Assembly (NCBI GenBank): GCA_963755695.1
Contig: CAVWLB010000008.1
Coordinates: forward strand, 798,109-862,108
DNA: 64,000 nt
From: an uncultured Acidobacteriota bacterium
GTDB lineage: Bacteria; Acidobacteriota; Vicinamibacteria; Vicinamibacterales; 2-12-FULL-66-21
Reading direction: 5' to 3'
In this document: piece after piece, positions 52,032-64,000 of the stretch
Numbering within the stretch: the first letter of the stretch is position 1
Layout: the number at the start of each line of letters is the position of its first letter
Program-made: the position numbers and the translations under genes
Notes under the pieces: model-generated
What the model saw: only the letters and a program-made list of their open reading frames with translations
The model's database searches: none
What the model was told of the DNA's origin: nothing

Positions 52032-53813
52032 ATGTCGACAACCACGAACCGCAAAACGGCGCCCCGCGATGGGGACTCGGTGGATCATCGGCTCGCGCGT
52101 CTCCTGGACACGCCATTCCTCGCGCGGGTCGTCCCGCACCTCACGCCGGAGACGCTGCATCAGCTCATTCAGCACCGCGGACTCGATGCGTGCGTCGAGC
52201 TCGTCACGTCTGCCACGCCCGCGCAGCTCACCGCCCTACTCGACCTCGATCTGTGGCGCCACGCGCAGCCCGGACGCGACGAACAGTTCGATGTCGATCG
52301 CTTCGGCGAATGGCTCGAGGTGCTGGTGGACACCGGAGACTCGGTGGCAGCACGCACCGTCGCCGCCCTCGACAAGCCCCTGGTGATTGTCGGCCTCTCC
52401 CGTTACCTACGTGTATTCGACCCGGGCACGTTCGAACCGACAGAATCGAGTGATGACGAGCCGATGGATCGCAACGATAAGATGAACAGCGAGACGAGCG
52501 GTGACGTGCTCGAGTGTGAAGTGGGCGGCTATCTGGTGCGGGCGCGGAGAACCGATGCGTGGGATGCGATCATCACGCTCCTCATCACGCTCGATCTCGA
52601 GCACAACCACTACTTTCACGCGGTGATGCAGGGATGCCGCCGCCTGTCCAACTCCAGGCCGGAGATCGACGGCCTCGACGATCTGCTGATGGCACCGGAG
52701 CAGCACCTCCAGGACGTCGCGATCGAACGGGAGCGACGGCGATCGCGGCACGGCTACGCAACCCCGGCCGACGCGCGCGCCTTCCTGCAGATGGCGCGGC
52801 AGCCGCAACACACGCCAAATGCATCGGCGTGGGCGTCGAGATCCGCGTCGGCGCCGCCGGCCCCGATCGCGATCAACCCCATCGCCACGGCCTATTTTCG
52901 CGCGGCCGAGGAACAAGCGGACCCCACACCAGAAGGCACGTCTGCAGCTGCGCCGGAACGTGCGCCACACCACGACGCGACAGACGTCTCCGCGCGCGGG
53001 GACGACGACAGCCCTGCATCGATCGACGCGGTCATCGAACTGCTGGCCGAGGCTGGGGTGATGCCGGACCGGCCGCGGGCGCTGCTCGAAGCCGCAGACG
53101 AGGAACCACGAGCCGCGAGAATCCCGCTCCTGAGGCGGCTGATGAAGTTCGTGCTGCACCATGACGAGACCGCGTACGTCACGCGGATTCGTGAGCTTGC
53201 GTTCCTCGCCAATACGCTGGTCGCGGGATCCTCTGTTCAGTCGCGGCCGTTCACACCCCAGGAAGCGTCCGATGCGGCTGCGTGCATCTGCAACCTGGGT
53301 CTCGAATGCTGGCCCGCGCGCTGGCCGGGCGCGACCTCGCATGGTGCCTCGTCGCCGCGAGAACTCGACACGGCCATGCCTCCAGACGCGTTCCTCGTGG
53401 ATCACGACCTCGTGACGGCGTTCGAAGGGGGCTGGTCGGTGCTGTACCAGGACGTGAGCCTGTTCGTGGCGGATCAGCTCATGTCGACGTTGGCCGATCT
53501 TCATTGTGTCGATGCCGACACTCGCCACGGACTCCGCGCGCTGCGGCGCAAGCTCGAGAAGCAGCGCGAGGCCGGCACACCGTGGCTCGCGCGCGACGCC
53601 GCCGACGTGCTCGCGATGCTCGACGTGACCGCCTGGATCAGCGTGCTCGGATTGCTGGACGAATGTCCCATCCTGCCCGCGGCGCTGACAGCCATTCTCG
53701 AGCGGCGCACGACGTCCGTCAGCCCGACCGCGTTCGAGTTCATCTCGACGACCGCCCAGATGGGCGACATTCGCTTATTCATGAGGACGCTCCCCGACGT
53801 GTTGTCTCGCTGA
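52032..53813 (+). CDS. Large uncharacterized cytoplasmic protein with an acidic, low-complexity centre
   Basis: 593-aa intact ORF with no TM helix and no motif I can name. Confidence 0.55.
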   Translation: MSTTTNRKTAPRDGDSVDHRLARLLDTPFLARVVPHLTPETLHQLIQHRGLDACVELVTSATPAQLTALLDLDLWRHAQPGRDEQFDVDRFGEWLEVLVDTGDSVAARTVAALDKPLVIVGLSRYLRVFDPGTFEPTESSDDEPMDRNDKMNSETSGDVLECEVGGYLVRARRTDAWDAIITLLITLDLEHNHYFHAVMQGCRRLSNSRPEIDGLDDLLMAPEQHLQDVAIERERRRSRHGYATPADARAFLQMARQPQHTPNASAWASRSASAPPAPIAINPIATAYFRAAEEQADPTPEGTSAAAPERAPHHDATDVSARGDDDSPASIDAVIELLAEAGVMPDRPRALLEAADEEPRAARIPLLRRLMKFVLHHDETAYVTRIRELAFLANTLVAGSSVQSRPFTPQEASDAAACICNLGLECWPARWPGATSHGASSPRELDTAMPPDAFLVDHDLVTAFEGGWSVLYQDVSLFVADQLMSTLADLHCVDADTRHGLRALRRKLEKQREAGTPWLARDAADVLAMLDVTAWISVLGLLDECPILPAALTAILERRTTSVSPTAFEFISTTAQMGDIRLFMRTLPDVLSR

Positions 53814-54019
53814 GCGCGCGCTCGGACCGCAAAGTTGACGAAGATGCGTGCACGATCCGCGTGTGCACCAAACCGGTGTGTGCATGTCCAAAATCCGTAT
53901 GCATTCTTCGGACAGGGACGGCCGGCCAAGATTAGCTGTCTTGCCGTAAAGTGATTGCCATTGCCAGCGGTTCGGTACGGCGTGAAGCGGCGCTGAGCGA
54001 ACCTTCTTTGGAGGTCAGC

Positions 54020-54587
54020 ATGGTCAGCGTGGGTCTCGGGCGTCGCGCGTTCGTGGAAGCGCTCGTCGCGTTTCCGTTCGGAGCGGTCGCTCTATCGGCC
54101 CAGACGTCGAGGCAGCCCGTTGTGAAGGTAGCCGCCGGATCTGGGCGAGCGAACGACATCATCAAGCTGCTGGGCGGCGACCGATTCACTCAAGGTCGCG
54201 ACCCAGGACAGCGGTGGCACGCTCTTCATGACCGAGCAGCCGATCGAGCGCCGTGGGTCCGGTCCACCTAAGCACTACCACGAAGAGCAAGACGAGTGGT
54301 TCTATTGCCTTGCCGGAGAATACGTCGTCGAAATCGGCGATCAGCGGTTTCGGCCGGGTCCTGGCGATTCGGTTCTCGGCCCTCGACGCGTTCCGCACGC
54401 GTTTGTCTCTGACGGTGCGGGGCCGGGACGAATCCTCATCGGATTCACGCCCGCCGGGCGCATCGAGCAGTTCTTTCGTGACCTCGAAAAGCGGGGGGAG
54501 TACTTCGGCAATGGCTCGCCGGAGGACAAGGAGCTGGTGCACCGGCTGTATGGCATCGTGAATGTTGGACCGCCGCTGAAACTGTGA
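54020..54587 (+). CDS. Tat-signal cupin-domain protein (one apparent frameshift near 54185)
   Basis: GRRAFVEALVAFPFGA signal. Cupin core KHYHEEQDEWFYCLAGEY...VPHAF. Confidence 0.5.
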
Positions 54588-54746
54588 GCGACATCGACAC
54601 GTCGAGCAAGAAGATGGTTACCCGTCTGTTCCCCGTAGATTCTGTGCCGCAGTATTACTTGGCCTGCAGAAATCGGCGCCTGCTGCTGCATCGCGAAACC
54701 GGCCACCGATCGCGTGAGAACCAAGACCAGGATCTCATGAACCTGC

Positions 54747-55361
54747 TCACTTCTTCGGGGTGTCCAGCCGGCCCGCACTCTCGGAGTGCCCGAGGTGTGC
54801 GCAGTCTTTCTGCTGCTCCGGCGTGATCGGTGTCGGCGTTTCACCGGCCGGCACGGAATTGCATCGCATCGTCTGCTCGAACCCCGGCGCCGAGAAGACG
54901 AACGTCAACGCGATCGGAGTCGCGCCGATGTTCTTCCCACTTATCCAGGTGTTCGCGGGGATGAACACCAGCCCTCCCGCATGGAGATCGCGCTCCTGAT
55001 CGCCGAGCCACACGTGGGCCGTTCCACCTTGGATCAGCAGGATTTCATCCTGAACCAGATGTCGGTGCTTCGGTAGTGTCGCTCCCGGAGCGAGCAGTTC
55101 TGTGCCGGCCACCAGATGCTGAGAGCCGTTGTTCTTCGGGCTCACCTTGAGGATGAATTGAGACGAGGCGGGTGAACTGCTGTCGGTGTGAATGCGGCGA
55201 GTCCGCAGCTCCCCTTCATCACTGTCGAGCATGAGAGGCCGAGCGGTGGTATCCGAACTCGGAGCTCCAGCGGATTGATCTGCCTGCGAGACCGCTGTGC
55301 CGACCAGGCCCGCCATGATTGCGAACGCTGTCCCGACAGCCGAAACGGTTCTAGAGTGCAC
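54747..55361 (-). CDS. Secreted cupin-domain protein
   Basis: Signal peptide. Cupin HxH...E pattern (PKHRHLVQDEILLIQGG). Confidence 0.55.
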   Translation of the reverse strand: MHSRTVSAVGTAFAIMAGLVGTAVSQADQSAGAPSSDTTARPLMLDSDEGELRTRRIHTDSSSPASSQFILKVSPKNNGSQHLVAGTELLAPGATLPKHRHLVQDEILLIQGGTAHVWLGDQERDLHAGGLVFIPANTWISGKNIGATPIALTFVFSAPGFEQTMRCNSVPAGETPTPITPEQQKDCAHLGHSESAGRLDTPKK

Positions 55362-55572
55362 ACATCACCTCGAGGTGCAGTGTACTCGTCATTGGCAGGG
55401 CGGAAGCGCGGCCCGTTCACGATGGGGCTACCACCGTACCCTGCAGCGCCGCACCAGATTTGTTGGGGCGCTGCACGATGACGGCTCGCCTGATCGCGGA
55501 GTCGTCTAACGGATCGACTGCGTAAAGGATCCGAGAACGAAGTCCTCAGATCCCCATACTCTGAACGCAGCC

Positions 55573-56964
55573 CTACACAGTTGCGGCCGCCGGCCGAATG
55601 TTCTGATTCACGCGAAACAGGTTGGTCGGATCGTACTTGTTCTTGATCGCCACCAGCCGCCCGTAGTTGTCGCGGAACGAGGCCTGAACACGCTCCTGCC
55701 CTTCGTCCATCATGAAGTTCACGTATGCGCCGCCGGCGGAATAGGGATGCAGGGCGTCGAAATAATCCTTACACCACGTCGTGATCGTGTCGGCGTTCGC
55801 TGGGTCGGGATCCACGCCGACGATCACTTCCGCCCAATTCGCGTCACGATAGCTGAACGCCGTATCCGCGACCCGCACGCGGTGCGCCGCGCCATCGATC
55901 GGATACAGGTGCATCGTCGAATGCAGCGTTGGCAGCGCCGCGCCGTGCTGCGCGTGACGCTCGATGGCCGCGTCGCTCAGTTCCTTGATGAAGTCGGCCC
56001 GCCAGTACCACTGGAGACCGGGCGGATACAGACCGTCGAACAGGCTGTTGACGGCAGGCACGGGCATCTCCGCCTGGAAATCGAGTACCGGTCTGCCGAC
56101 GGCGCGCATCGGTTTCGTCCCCGCGTCGGCGCGCGCGGCCGGACCCGTACATGCCCACATCACGCCGCACACCTTCTTGAGATGCACGTGTTCCGGGAAC
56201 ATCGGCGCGGGCGGAATCGTGAGGAAGGCGAAGAAGCCGTTGACGTACTCGGGCGCGTTGAGGATGAACTCGCGGTAGGCCTTCATGACGTCGGCGGTTT
56301 GATCGAGTGGCCAGAATGTTGGTCCCGCGTACATCGTCCGTACTGGGTGGGCGCGGAATTCGAACGACGTCACTACGCCGAAATTGCCGCCGCCGCCGCG
56401 CAGCGCCCAGAACAGATCGGTGTTGGTCCTTTCGTCCGCAGTGACAACGGTCCCATCGGCAAGCACGACGTCGACTGACAGCAGGTTATCGATCGTGAGC
56501 CCGTATTGACGCGTGAGATAGCCGATGCCGCCGCCGAGAGTCAGGCCGGCAACGCCGGTTGTGGAGATGAAGCCACTAGGCACTGTGAGGCCGAACGGAT
56601 GCGTGGCGTGGTCGACGTCACCCCAGACGCTGCCCGCGGCGACGCGGACGGTGCGTTCCGCCGGATCGACGCGGACACCCCTCATCGGCGACAGGTCGAT
56701 GACGACTCCGCCGTCACACGTGCCCAGGCCACCGCCATTGTGGCCGCCGCCGCGAATCGCTGTCAGCGCGCCGTTGGTACGAGCATAGTCGACGGCGGCA
56801 ACCACATCCGCCACATCGACGCAGCGCACAATGAGGGCGGGGCGCTTGTCGATCATCCGGTTGTAAACCATCCGAGCGGACTCGTACGCCTCGTCGCCTG
56901 GCTGGACGAGGGCACCTCGCACGCTCGAACGGAGTTGCTCGATTTGAATCGCTGCCATGGCCAT
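55573..56964 (-). CDS. FAD-linked oxidase, BBE-like (intact)
   Basis: 463 aa. FAD-binding IRGGGHNGGGLGT and GGGGNFGVVTSFEF. C-terminal BBE motif YVNF...NYGRLVAIKNKYDPTNLFRVNQNI. Confidence 0.85.
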   Translation of the reverse strand: MAMAAIQIEQLRSSVRGALVQPGDEAYESARMVYNRMIDKRPALIVRCVDVADVVAAVDYARTNGALTAIRGGGHNGGGLGTCDGGVVIDLSPMRGVRVDPAERTVRVAAGSVWGDVDHATHPFGLTVPSGFISTTGVAGLTLGGGIGYLTRQYGLTIDNLLSVDVVLADGTVVTADERTNTDLFWALRGGGGNFGVVTSFEFRAHPVRTMYAGPTFWPLDQTADVMKAYREFILNAPEYVNGFFAFLTIPPAPMFPEHVHLKKVCGVMWACTGPAARADAGTKPMRAVGRPVLDFQAEMPVPAVNSLFDGLYPPGLQWYWRADFIKELSDAAIERHAQHGAALPTLHSTMHLYPIDGAAHRVRVADTAFSYRDANWAEVIVGVDPDPANADTITTWCKDYFDALHPYSAGGAYVNFMMDEGQERVQASFRDNYGRLVAIKNKYDPTNLFRVNQNIRPAAATV

Positions 56965-56971
56965 GCTCCTC

Positions 56972-57463
56972 TTACCGCCCGGTCAGCGGCTTCTGCGGGT
57001 TGTCGGTGGCATTGACATAGTAGATGTCGAACGGCCCTTCGAGATTGACCTGAACGACCGTGGGAATCGTCGTCCACGCGAAGTGGTGCATGTTCGGGGG
57101 GAGCGACACGAAGCCGCCGGCCTCGAGCGTCTCGCTCGCGCCGCGGTCCAGCGTCTCTCCCATGCCGACGTGAAAAGTTCCTGACAGCACGGTTACACGT
57201 TCGGCCATGCTGTGCCAGTGCGGCGGGATGCTGTAGTTGGCTGGAAAGCGCAGCCGCAGAGTGCTTGGCCCTCTTTCAGCCGGGTTCCCTTCAAGGACGG
57301 CAATCTCCGCCCCCGCCGGAAAGACAGGTGGAGCGGGCCCCCACTGTACCTTGTCGGCGGGTACCAGGAGGTGCGCGGATTGCGTCAGAACGGGCGCAAC
57401 TGCGAAGGCCAGGCTGAGGCTGATGGACGCGAGTACGAGGGTGGAACAACGATTGATGCTCAT
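56972..57463 (-). CDS. Secreted cupin-domain protein
   Basis: 163 aa with a signal peptide. Cupin His pattern (PPHWHSMAERVTVLSGTFHVG). Confidence 0.55.
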   Translation of the reverse strand: MSINRCSTLVLASISLSLAFAVAPVLTQSAHLLVPADKVQWGPAPPVFPAGAEIAVLEGNPAERGPSTLRLRFPANYSIPPHWHSMAERVTVLSGTFHVGMGETLDRGASETLEAGGFVSLPPNMHHFAWTTIPTVVQVNLEGPFDIYYVNATDNPQKPLTGR

Positions 57464-57592
57464 AAGCTTCCTTTCTGGTTCAACAGCCTATGAGGACGAC
57501 CGTTCCCGAAACGTTCGCGAAAGCGTTCTTCCGCAATTGCACGTCCTGTAAGCCTTTCGGCACCGCCCGTCGCTGGTGGTCCGATCGGACCA

Positions 57593-60500
57593 CTAGGTGG
57601 CACTCGCGATCGAGGACGCGAGAATCCGCCGCTCCAGCGCACGGCTGTGCTGGGCACGGGCGAGCGCCAGCGCATGCTGCAGCGTGGCTTCTCGCTCCGA
57701 CAGCTGATCCAAGCCACTCTTCTGAAGATAGAGCGCCGGCAGCCACCATAGATCGCCTCGCTCGAGCGCCATCGCGATCGCCGCATTCACGATCGATGCG
57801 GCGCGATCGCGCAGGCCCAGGCGGCTGTACGTCTCGCCGAGTAAGGACAAGTAGTATGGGCGCCGCGCCTGCGCACGCTGCCGATCGAGTCGATCGAGCG
57901 CCGATTCGATGATCTCGATGCCTTCCGCCGGCCGTTCGTGCCCGCGTGCCCAGCCAATCAGCACCTGCGCCCAGTCACCGTAATACGCGAATCCGTATCG
58001 AGCACAGCGATCGACCACCGCTTCCGAGCACGCGAGCACTCGACGGGTGTCGAGACGCATCTGATGAAGGAGTCCCGCATACGCGAGCGCGAGGGTCTCA
58101 CTGTACAAGTGGTCGAGTCGCCGGGAGAGCGCGATCGCCTCGTCGGCGCACGCGATCGCGGTACTCTCGTGTCCGAGGAGCCACAACCCGTGTGCGTGCC
58201 AGGCGTTCGCGAACACGCCGAGGTCGGATCCGAGCGCAGAGCGCTGCGGATGACGCTCGTCATAAGCTGCGAGCGCGGCCTCGAAGTGTTGCTTCGACGC
58301 GTCCAGGTCGCCAACACTCAAAAGCGTGCCGCCCATTGCGTGGTGTGCCTCACAGCGGCACGATGGGTCGACGAGGCTGCGCTCTAGCGCCTGCTGCGAG
58401 ACCTCGCGCGTGCCTTTCAAGTTGCCGAGCATATATCGCAGCGTAAACGCCACCCATAGCCAGCGCACCGGGACCTGTCCGCGGCCGTCGACCGCCGATA
58501 GCGTGAACACGCGATCGAGGTTCTGCTCGACTTCCGGTGCGGCGTAGCCGCGGCCGGAGTTCAACGCCACCGAAAGGCCCGATCGCAGCGCAAGCTCTCG
58601 CTCGTCGCGATCGCGACCCCCCGGCAGCATCTCCAGGAGCGACAGTGCGTGCATCGAACAGCGGATCGCTTCCTCGTGCGCCGACAGGCGCGCGGCCGAC
58701 GCGACCGCACGTTCGAGAAACTGAACCGCGCGCGCTGGCTGACCTCCGCGATCGAGGTGCACGGCAATTGACGCACTCACGTCGTCCAGCCGATCAGCAA
58801 AGAGGAGCTCCATCGCCTGCGCGATCCGGCGGTGAATCAGACGCCGGCGCGCCGGGCCGATGCCTGCGTAGGCGACTTCGCGAATGCGATCGTGGCTGAA
58901 ATCCCATCCTTCATGGGACTGCACACGGACAATCTGGCGGCGCCACAGTTCGTCGAGCGCGCGCACGAGGCCGTCTTCTTCGAGGTCGCTCGCATGCGCC
59001 AGAATGTCAAAGCGGAAATCCCGCCCCACGGCTGCGGCCACCTCAGCCACTGCCCGCGCGTCTTCCGAGAGCAGGGCCAGTCGTGCGGCGACGATGGACT
59101 GTACGCGCGGGGGCGCGTCTCCCGACGGACCGGGCTGTTTCGCGAACTCCATCCGTCCACGCTCGACGATGAATAGCGGATGACCTTCGGTATCCCGGAA
59201 TGTGCGCGCCAGCGCGGTCTCGTCCAGCGGATGCTCGGCAACTTCGCCCGCCAGTAGCCCCGTCGCTGTCCGATCGAGGGGGCCGAGGGTGATCGCGATC
59301 ATCCGGGTGTCGCGCTCCAGATGACGGAGCAACCGCACGAGCGGGGGGTTGTCCTGTTCCTCCTCGGCGCGCACCGTTGCGACGATCAAGCAGCGCGTGG
59401 ACGACGAGCGAAGGAAATAGTGGAGCCATTCGAGGGTGTCGCCATCGGCCCACTGCAGATCGTCGATGACGAGAACAACCGGAGCCGCCGCCGCGACTGC
59501 CCGCGCGAGCGCGTCGAAGAAGGGGAGTCGCTGCCAGCTCTCGAGATGCCGGTCCGGGGCAGGAACGTCGGGACGTACGGCCAGGAGGTCGGGACAGAGC
59601 CTCGCGACATCGGTCATCGATGCAAGGTCGAGCCGCATCACTGCCGGCCGGAGTGCCTCGCTTTTCAACCACGCAGCAATCGGGGCGTACGCCAGCCGCC
59701 CTTCGCCGGCGTAGCATCGGGCACTGACCGCGTTGATGCCATTGACACGCGACCAGTGCATCAGTTCTTCCGCGAGCCTGGTCTTGCCGATGCCTGCCTC
59801 ACCGCGGATCACGAACAACCGCCGTCCCGTGGCGGCCGTGCGCCACGCGTCAAGCAAAGCATTCCATTCCGGTTGCCGGCCCACGAGCGGATACACTGCC
59901 GTGCGCGGCGGCGCAGGCGTTGCGGGTGCCGCAGCGTCGAGATCGAGGATTTCGCGGTAAGTGATTCGCGTGGCCGCGCTCGGCTGAACGCCGAGTTCTT
60001 TTTTCAACAGCGCGGCGCACTGCTGGTAGAGATGCAGGGCGGTGGCACGCTCGCCGCGGCGGGCGTGACAGCGCATGAGCGTGCACCAAGCCTGTTCGTC
60101 AAGCGGATCGAGCCGCAGCAGCTGGTGCGCACGCTCGATGGCATCGGCGAAACTGCGATCCTGCTCGAGGCCGGCGACCAGCCGGACCAAGACCTGCTGT
60201 GCACGCTGATGAAGCCGTTCACGATCGGCGCTGATCCACTCGCCCGCACAGTCAGGGAGGAGAGATCCGCCTGTACAAGACAGCTGCCTCCTGCAGCGCG
60301 GCTCGGTTCCCCTGCAGGCCGCGATCGGCCGCGGCCTCGAAAGCGATCACGTCCACGATCGCGCCGGATTCACCACGCCACGCAATGGTGCGCGAGCCCA
60401 CATCGATCAAGGTCTCCACGCCGGGCCAGCCTTCGCGCAGATGATGCAGTTCGCGCCGTAGATTGGTCAGTGCCTGAACGTCACTCGATTCCGGCCACAG

Positions 60501-60668
60501 CGAGCCGCTGACCCGCTGCCGCGGGAGTGGACCGCTGCGAGCGTGAAGGACGAGGAAGGCGATGAGCTGCTGCTGTCGCGCGCTCGGCGCATGCGGAGAA
60601 GGCCGCCCATCCGTGAGTAAACGGAACCCCCCGAGCAGGTCGATGCGCAGCGAGGGGGAACCGGCCAC
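57593..60668 (-). CDS. SARP/AfsR-family regulator: OmpR-type winged helix, BTAD, NB-ARC ATPase, TPR (one apparent frameshift near 60200)
   Basis: N-terminal LRIDLLGGFRLLTDGRP...LW (60252-60668 ORF). BTAD continues in the 865-aa ORF (LDPLDEQAWCTLMRCHARRGERATALHLYQQC...). Walker A GEAGIGKTRLAEE. C-terminal TPRs. Confidence 0.8.
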
Positions 60669-60847
60669 GTTTCAAGGTTACACGTGAAGCGCTGCCGGCC
60701 ACTTGCTGAAGTGGAAATACATGCCGCCTCCAACCAACAGTGCGGCATCAGCCGGCCCCCGATGAGTTCGAAATTTCGACGAGGCAGGACGGCAAAATGA
60801 AATCATGAAACAAAGAGGGGAGATTTTGCTCAAGCAGGGGGGAAGCA

Positions 60848-62127
60848 TCAGGCTTCCTCAGCCAGACTGACCCTGTCGTTCATCAGCAACCAGTAGGCGA
60901 GCGCGCCGGCGATGAGGATGAATCCGCAGACGATGAAAGCGGAAGCAAACGACCCGGTCCTGTGCGCAATGGCACCGGTCAGCCACGGCGCGATGATGCC
61001 GGCCACATTCCCGCCAAAATTCTGAATGCCGGATACGGTGCCCACGAGACGCTTCGTGCAGCACGCCTGCGTGATGCTCCAGGTATTGGGTGCGGCGAGA
61101 CCGAGACCACAGAGGGAGGTCACCAATAGCCAGACCGCCGTTGCGTTGTCGTGGACGAGCCCGGCGGGCACGATGGCGAGCGCGATCGCGAAGCCGATCG
61201 CAATGAACGTCTTTCGCACGCGCAGCTCACGAAAGCCGGCGGCAATCAGTCGATCGGTGGCGACGCCGGACAGCCACGATCACGAGAGACATCACCAGGA
61301 ACGGCACGGACGCGTGAAATGCCATTTGCGCAGGCGTGAAGTGACGTTCCAGCCGGAGATAGCCGGGCAGCCAATAGACAAACACGAACCAGACGTAGTC
61401 GAACGCAAAGAAGCCGAGGAACGTCCCGAGGACCGTGGGGTGGCGAAGGAGGCCGAAGCTCGAGGCAAACGAAAAGCGATTCGAAACGCTTGCCGCGCCG
61501 CGGCTCGCACCCGAAGGTTCCCAACGCCGCAAGACGATCAGCCAGGGCACGATCCACAGCAACGGCGCGAGGCCGGCGATGACGAAGAACATCCGCCAGC
61601 CATAGAGCGCAATCAGTCCAACGCCCGCGGCGTTCACCAGCGCCTGTCCAAGCCGGACGCCGATCAGATAGCTGGAATTCACGAGCCCACGCTGAGTGTC
61701 GAGGAACCAATTGGCAACGGTGCGCGCGCTCGCCGGAAACGCGACCGACTGGCCAACGCCCATCGTGACTCGGAAGAACATGATCGCAGCGATGTCACGA
61801 AACGTGCCGGTCAGCGCACAGGCAATCGACCACAGCGCGAAGCCACAGGCGTAGGCGCGACGAACGCCGAAACGGTCCACAATCCAGCCCGACGGCACCT
61901 GCATGAAGCAGTAGCACCACGAAAAGGCCGACAAGCATCAGGCCCATCGTTTCGGTATTGATTGCGAGGTCTCGAATCATGAATGGAGCGGCGACCGAGA
62001 GGGTGCCGCGCTGCGCATAGCAGAACGTCATTCCGCTCACTAGCAGTGCGACCAGGCCCCAGCGCCCGGTGGCGCTCCGGACGTCGTCGGCGTCCTGCAC
62101 GGCAGCGATGCCGCCGCTGGTTGGCAT
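60848..62127 (-). pseudogene. MFS transporter (anion:cation symporter-like), 2 frame breaks
   Basis: N-terminal, middle and C-terminal thirds lie in 3 different frames (61795-62157, 61227-61934, 60848-61219). All three show MFS TM patterns. Confidence 0.6.
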
Positions 62128-62593
62128 CACGAGGTCCCTGTGTCGAAGGCGCAGCATCCTATCACGCGGACGTTGATGAATAGCGGCGATATACGCCCGC
62201 CCATCGGCGGCGAACCGTTCATGTAAACTACGCGCTTCCCGACAATGGCCGAGCGCGCGGCATGTCCGCCTATGATTGACGCAACCGGCCGCGATCTGGA
62301 TCGCGAACCTGATTCGCTACAAGCGTGAAGGCTTCAAGCCGGACCGGGACCTCATCGTCGCGCTCACGGCTGACGAAGAGGGTGGTGGTACGATCGCGAC
62401 CACATCCGCTTTCACGGACGCGACGAGCGCCTGAAGGTGCAGTCATTCTATGAGGTCAGACGTTCCTGTACGAGCTGGTGAAGCGTCTGACATCGAGTCA
62501 GTAGGAGTTGCGCGTCACGCTGAAGGCGCATGAGGCACAATTTGCCCGGTGGTTTGTGCCTCTGTCATCAGGTCACGCACAGAGGGTAAGGCA

Positions 62594-64000
62594 ATGAGCG
62601 AGCAAGAAGAAGATTTCGCCGCGATGTTCGAGGCGTCCGTCAAGGCGCGCCAGTTCGATCGGGGCCAGACCATCGAGGGCACCATCGTCGGCGTTCGGCG
62701 CCGAAGTGGCCTTCGTCGACGTCGGCGGCAAAGGCGAGGCCGAGATCGACCTCGCGGAACTGAAGGACGCCGACGGCAACGTCGAGGTGTCGGTCGGCGA
62801 CCGCATCCAGGCGATGGTCGTCTCGACCAGCGGCGGCATCGTGCTCTCGCGCAAGGGCGTGCGCAACGCCGCCACGCAGCGCGAGCTCGAGGACGCGTTC
62901 CAGGCCGGACTCGCCGTGGAAGGCAAGGTGGAGAAAGCCGTGAAGGGCGGCTACGAGGTGCGCCTCGCCCGCGAGCGCGCGTTCTGTCCGCTCTCGCAGA
63001 TCGACATCGTCCGCACCGCGGACCCGGCGGTGCACGAAGGGCAGGTCTACGCGTTCCGCATCATCGAGTACAAGGACGGCGGGAAGAACATCGTCGTCTC
63101 CCGGCGCAAGCACCTCGAGGAGCAGCAGCGCGCCAGCGCCGCGGAGGTGCGCAAGTCGATCGTGCCCGGCGCGGTGCTCACCGGACGGGTCGCATCGGTG
63201 CTGGAGTTCGGTGCCTTCGTGGACCTTGGCGGCGGCATCCAGGGCCTGCTCCATGTGTCCGAAATGGGCTGGTCGCGCGTCACCAATCCCAATGAGATCG
63301 TCGCGGCCGGTGACCAGATCACCGTGAAGGTGCTGCGTGTGGACGACGCCACGCAGAAGATCTCGCTCGGGCTGAAGCAGCTCCTGGACGATCCGTGGAC
63401 CACGGTGGCCACCACCTACGAGGTGGGCCAGGTGCGCACGGGCCGCGTCACGCGCGTGGCGGACTTCGGCGCGTTCGTGGAGCTGGAGCCGGGCATCGAA
63501 GGGTTGGCGCACGCCTCTACGTTTGCTCCGACGGGTCGCACCGGAGGGTGGGCGAAGTCGGTGGCCGTGGGCTTGACCGGCGCGTTCGAGATCCTGAGCA
63601 TCGACACCGCGCAGAAGCGCATCGGCGTCGCGCTCGTGGACGAAGGGTCTTCGCGGGCGGCGGGAGCCACGTCGCCACAGGGCGCGATCGTGCCCGGTGC
63701 GATCGTGACCGGCAAGGTGGAGCGTCACGAGAAGTTCGGCGTGTTCGTGTTCCTGTCGCCGGGGCGCACCGGCTTGATGCCGTTCGCCGAAACGGGCGTG
63801 GATCGCGACATGGACATGCTGAAGGCGTTCCCGATCGGCAGCGAGGTGGAGGTCGTGGTGCTCGAGGTCGATCCGACGGGCCGCCGCATTCGCCTCAGCA
63901 AGAAGGCGGTGGCGGAGCAGCGGGAGCAGGCGGAACTGCGCGACTACGCCGCGAGGCCGGATGCTGCGCCCACTGACCTCGCTGGGATCGCTGGCCGACA
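62594..64000 (+). CDS. rpsA: 30S ribosomal protein S1 (multi-S1-domain), 5' portion, with one apparent frameshift near 62690
   Basis: MSEQEEDFAAMFEAS...TIEGTIV then AEVAFVDVGGKGEAEIDL... in the +1 frame. Repeated S1 domains follow. AGAGGG RBS. Continues past the window end. Confidence 0.75.

Noticed and set aside
59790-59810. 11-mer TGCCTCACCGC matching the tRNA-Ser acceptor end
   Set aside because: It lies inside the SARP regulator coding sequence and is too short for significance. Treated as chance.
59321-60511. 396-aa plus-strand ORF
   Set aside because: Antisense to the SARP regulator gene.

Overview
The window is 64 kb of high-GC (~68%) bacterial chromosome, with a gene repertoire typical of a soil Acidobacteriota/Gemmatimonadota-like organism. 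Markers include a TPR-tailed Ser/Thr kinase, a FISUMP-domain protein, a PD40-propeller/amidohydrolase fusion, STAND/SARP regulators and many secreted proteins. Three gene classes are mixed here: (i) housekeeping genes (gltX, cls, an AlkA-like glycosylase, an rpsA start, tRNA-Ser(GCT), tRNA-Gln(CTG)); (ii) regulatory and stress modules (an HTH-NB-ARC-TPR STAND ATPase convergent with a Ser/Thr kinase, an XRE-regulator/NfeD/flotillin/PspA operon, and a SARP/AfsR regulator next to BBE-oxidase/cupin/MFS genes); (iii) clearly accessory or decayed material. The accessory material comprises an integrase remnant, IS21 and IS110 remnants, truncated transporter genes, two tRNA-anchored island-like segments bounded by partial tRNA copies, a paired small-ORF repeat flanking an ankyrin gene, and an array of GC-rich palindromes. 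Indel-type frame breaks are very unevenly distributed. None are evident in roughly the first 21 kb. Around 25 fall in the 21-33 kb block, including three or more inside gltX. Scattered single or double breaks occur after 43 kb, one of them in rpsA. This points either to local sequence-quality problems or to real gene decay; I could not distinguish the two from sequence alone. No CRISPR array and no rRNA were found.
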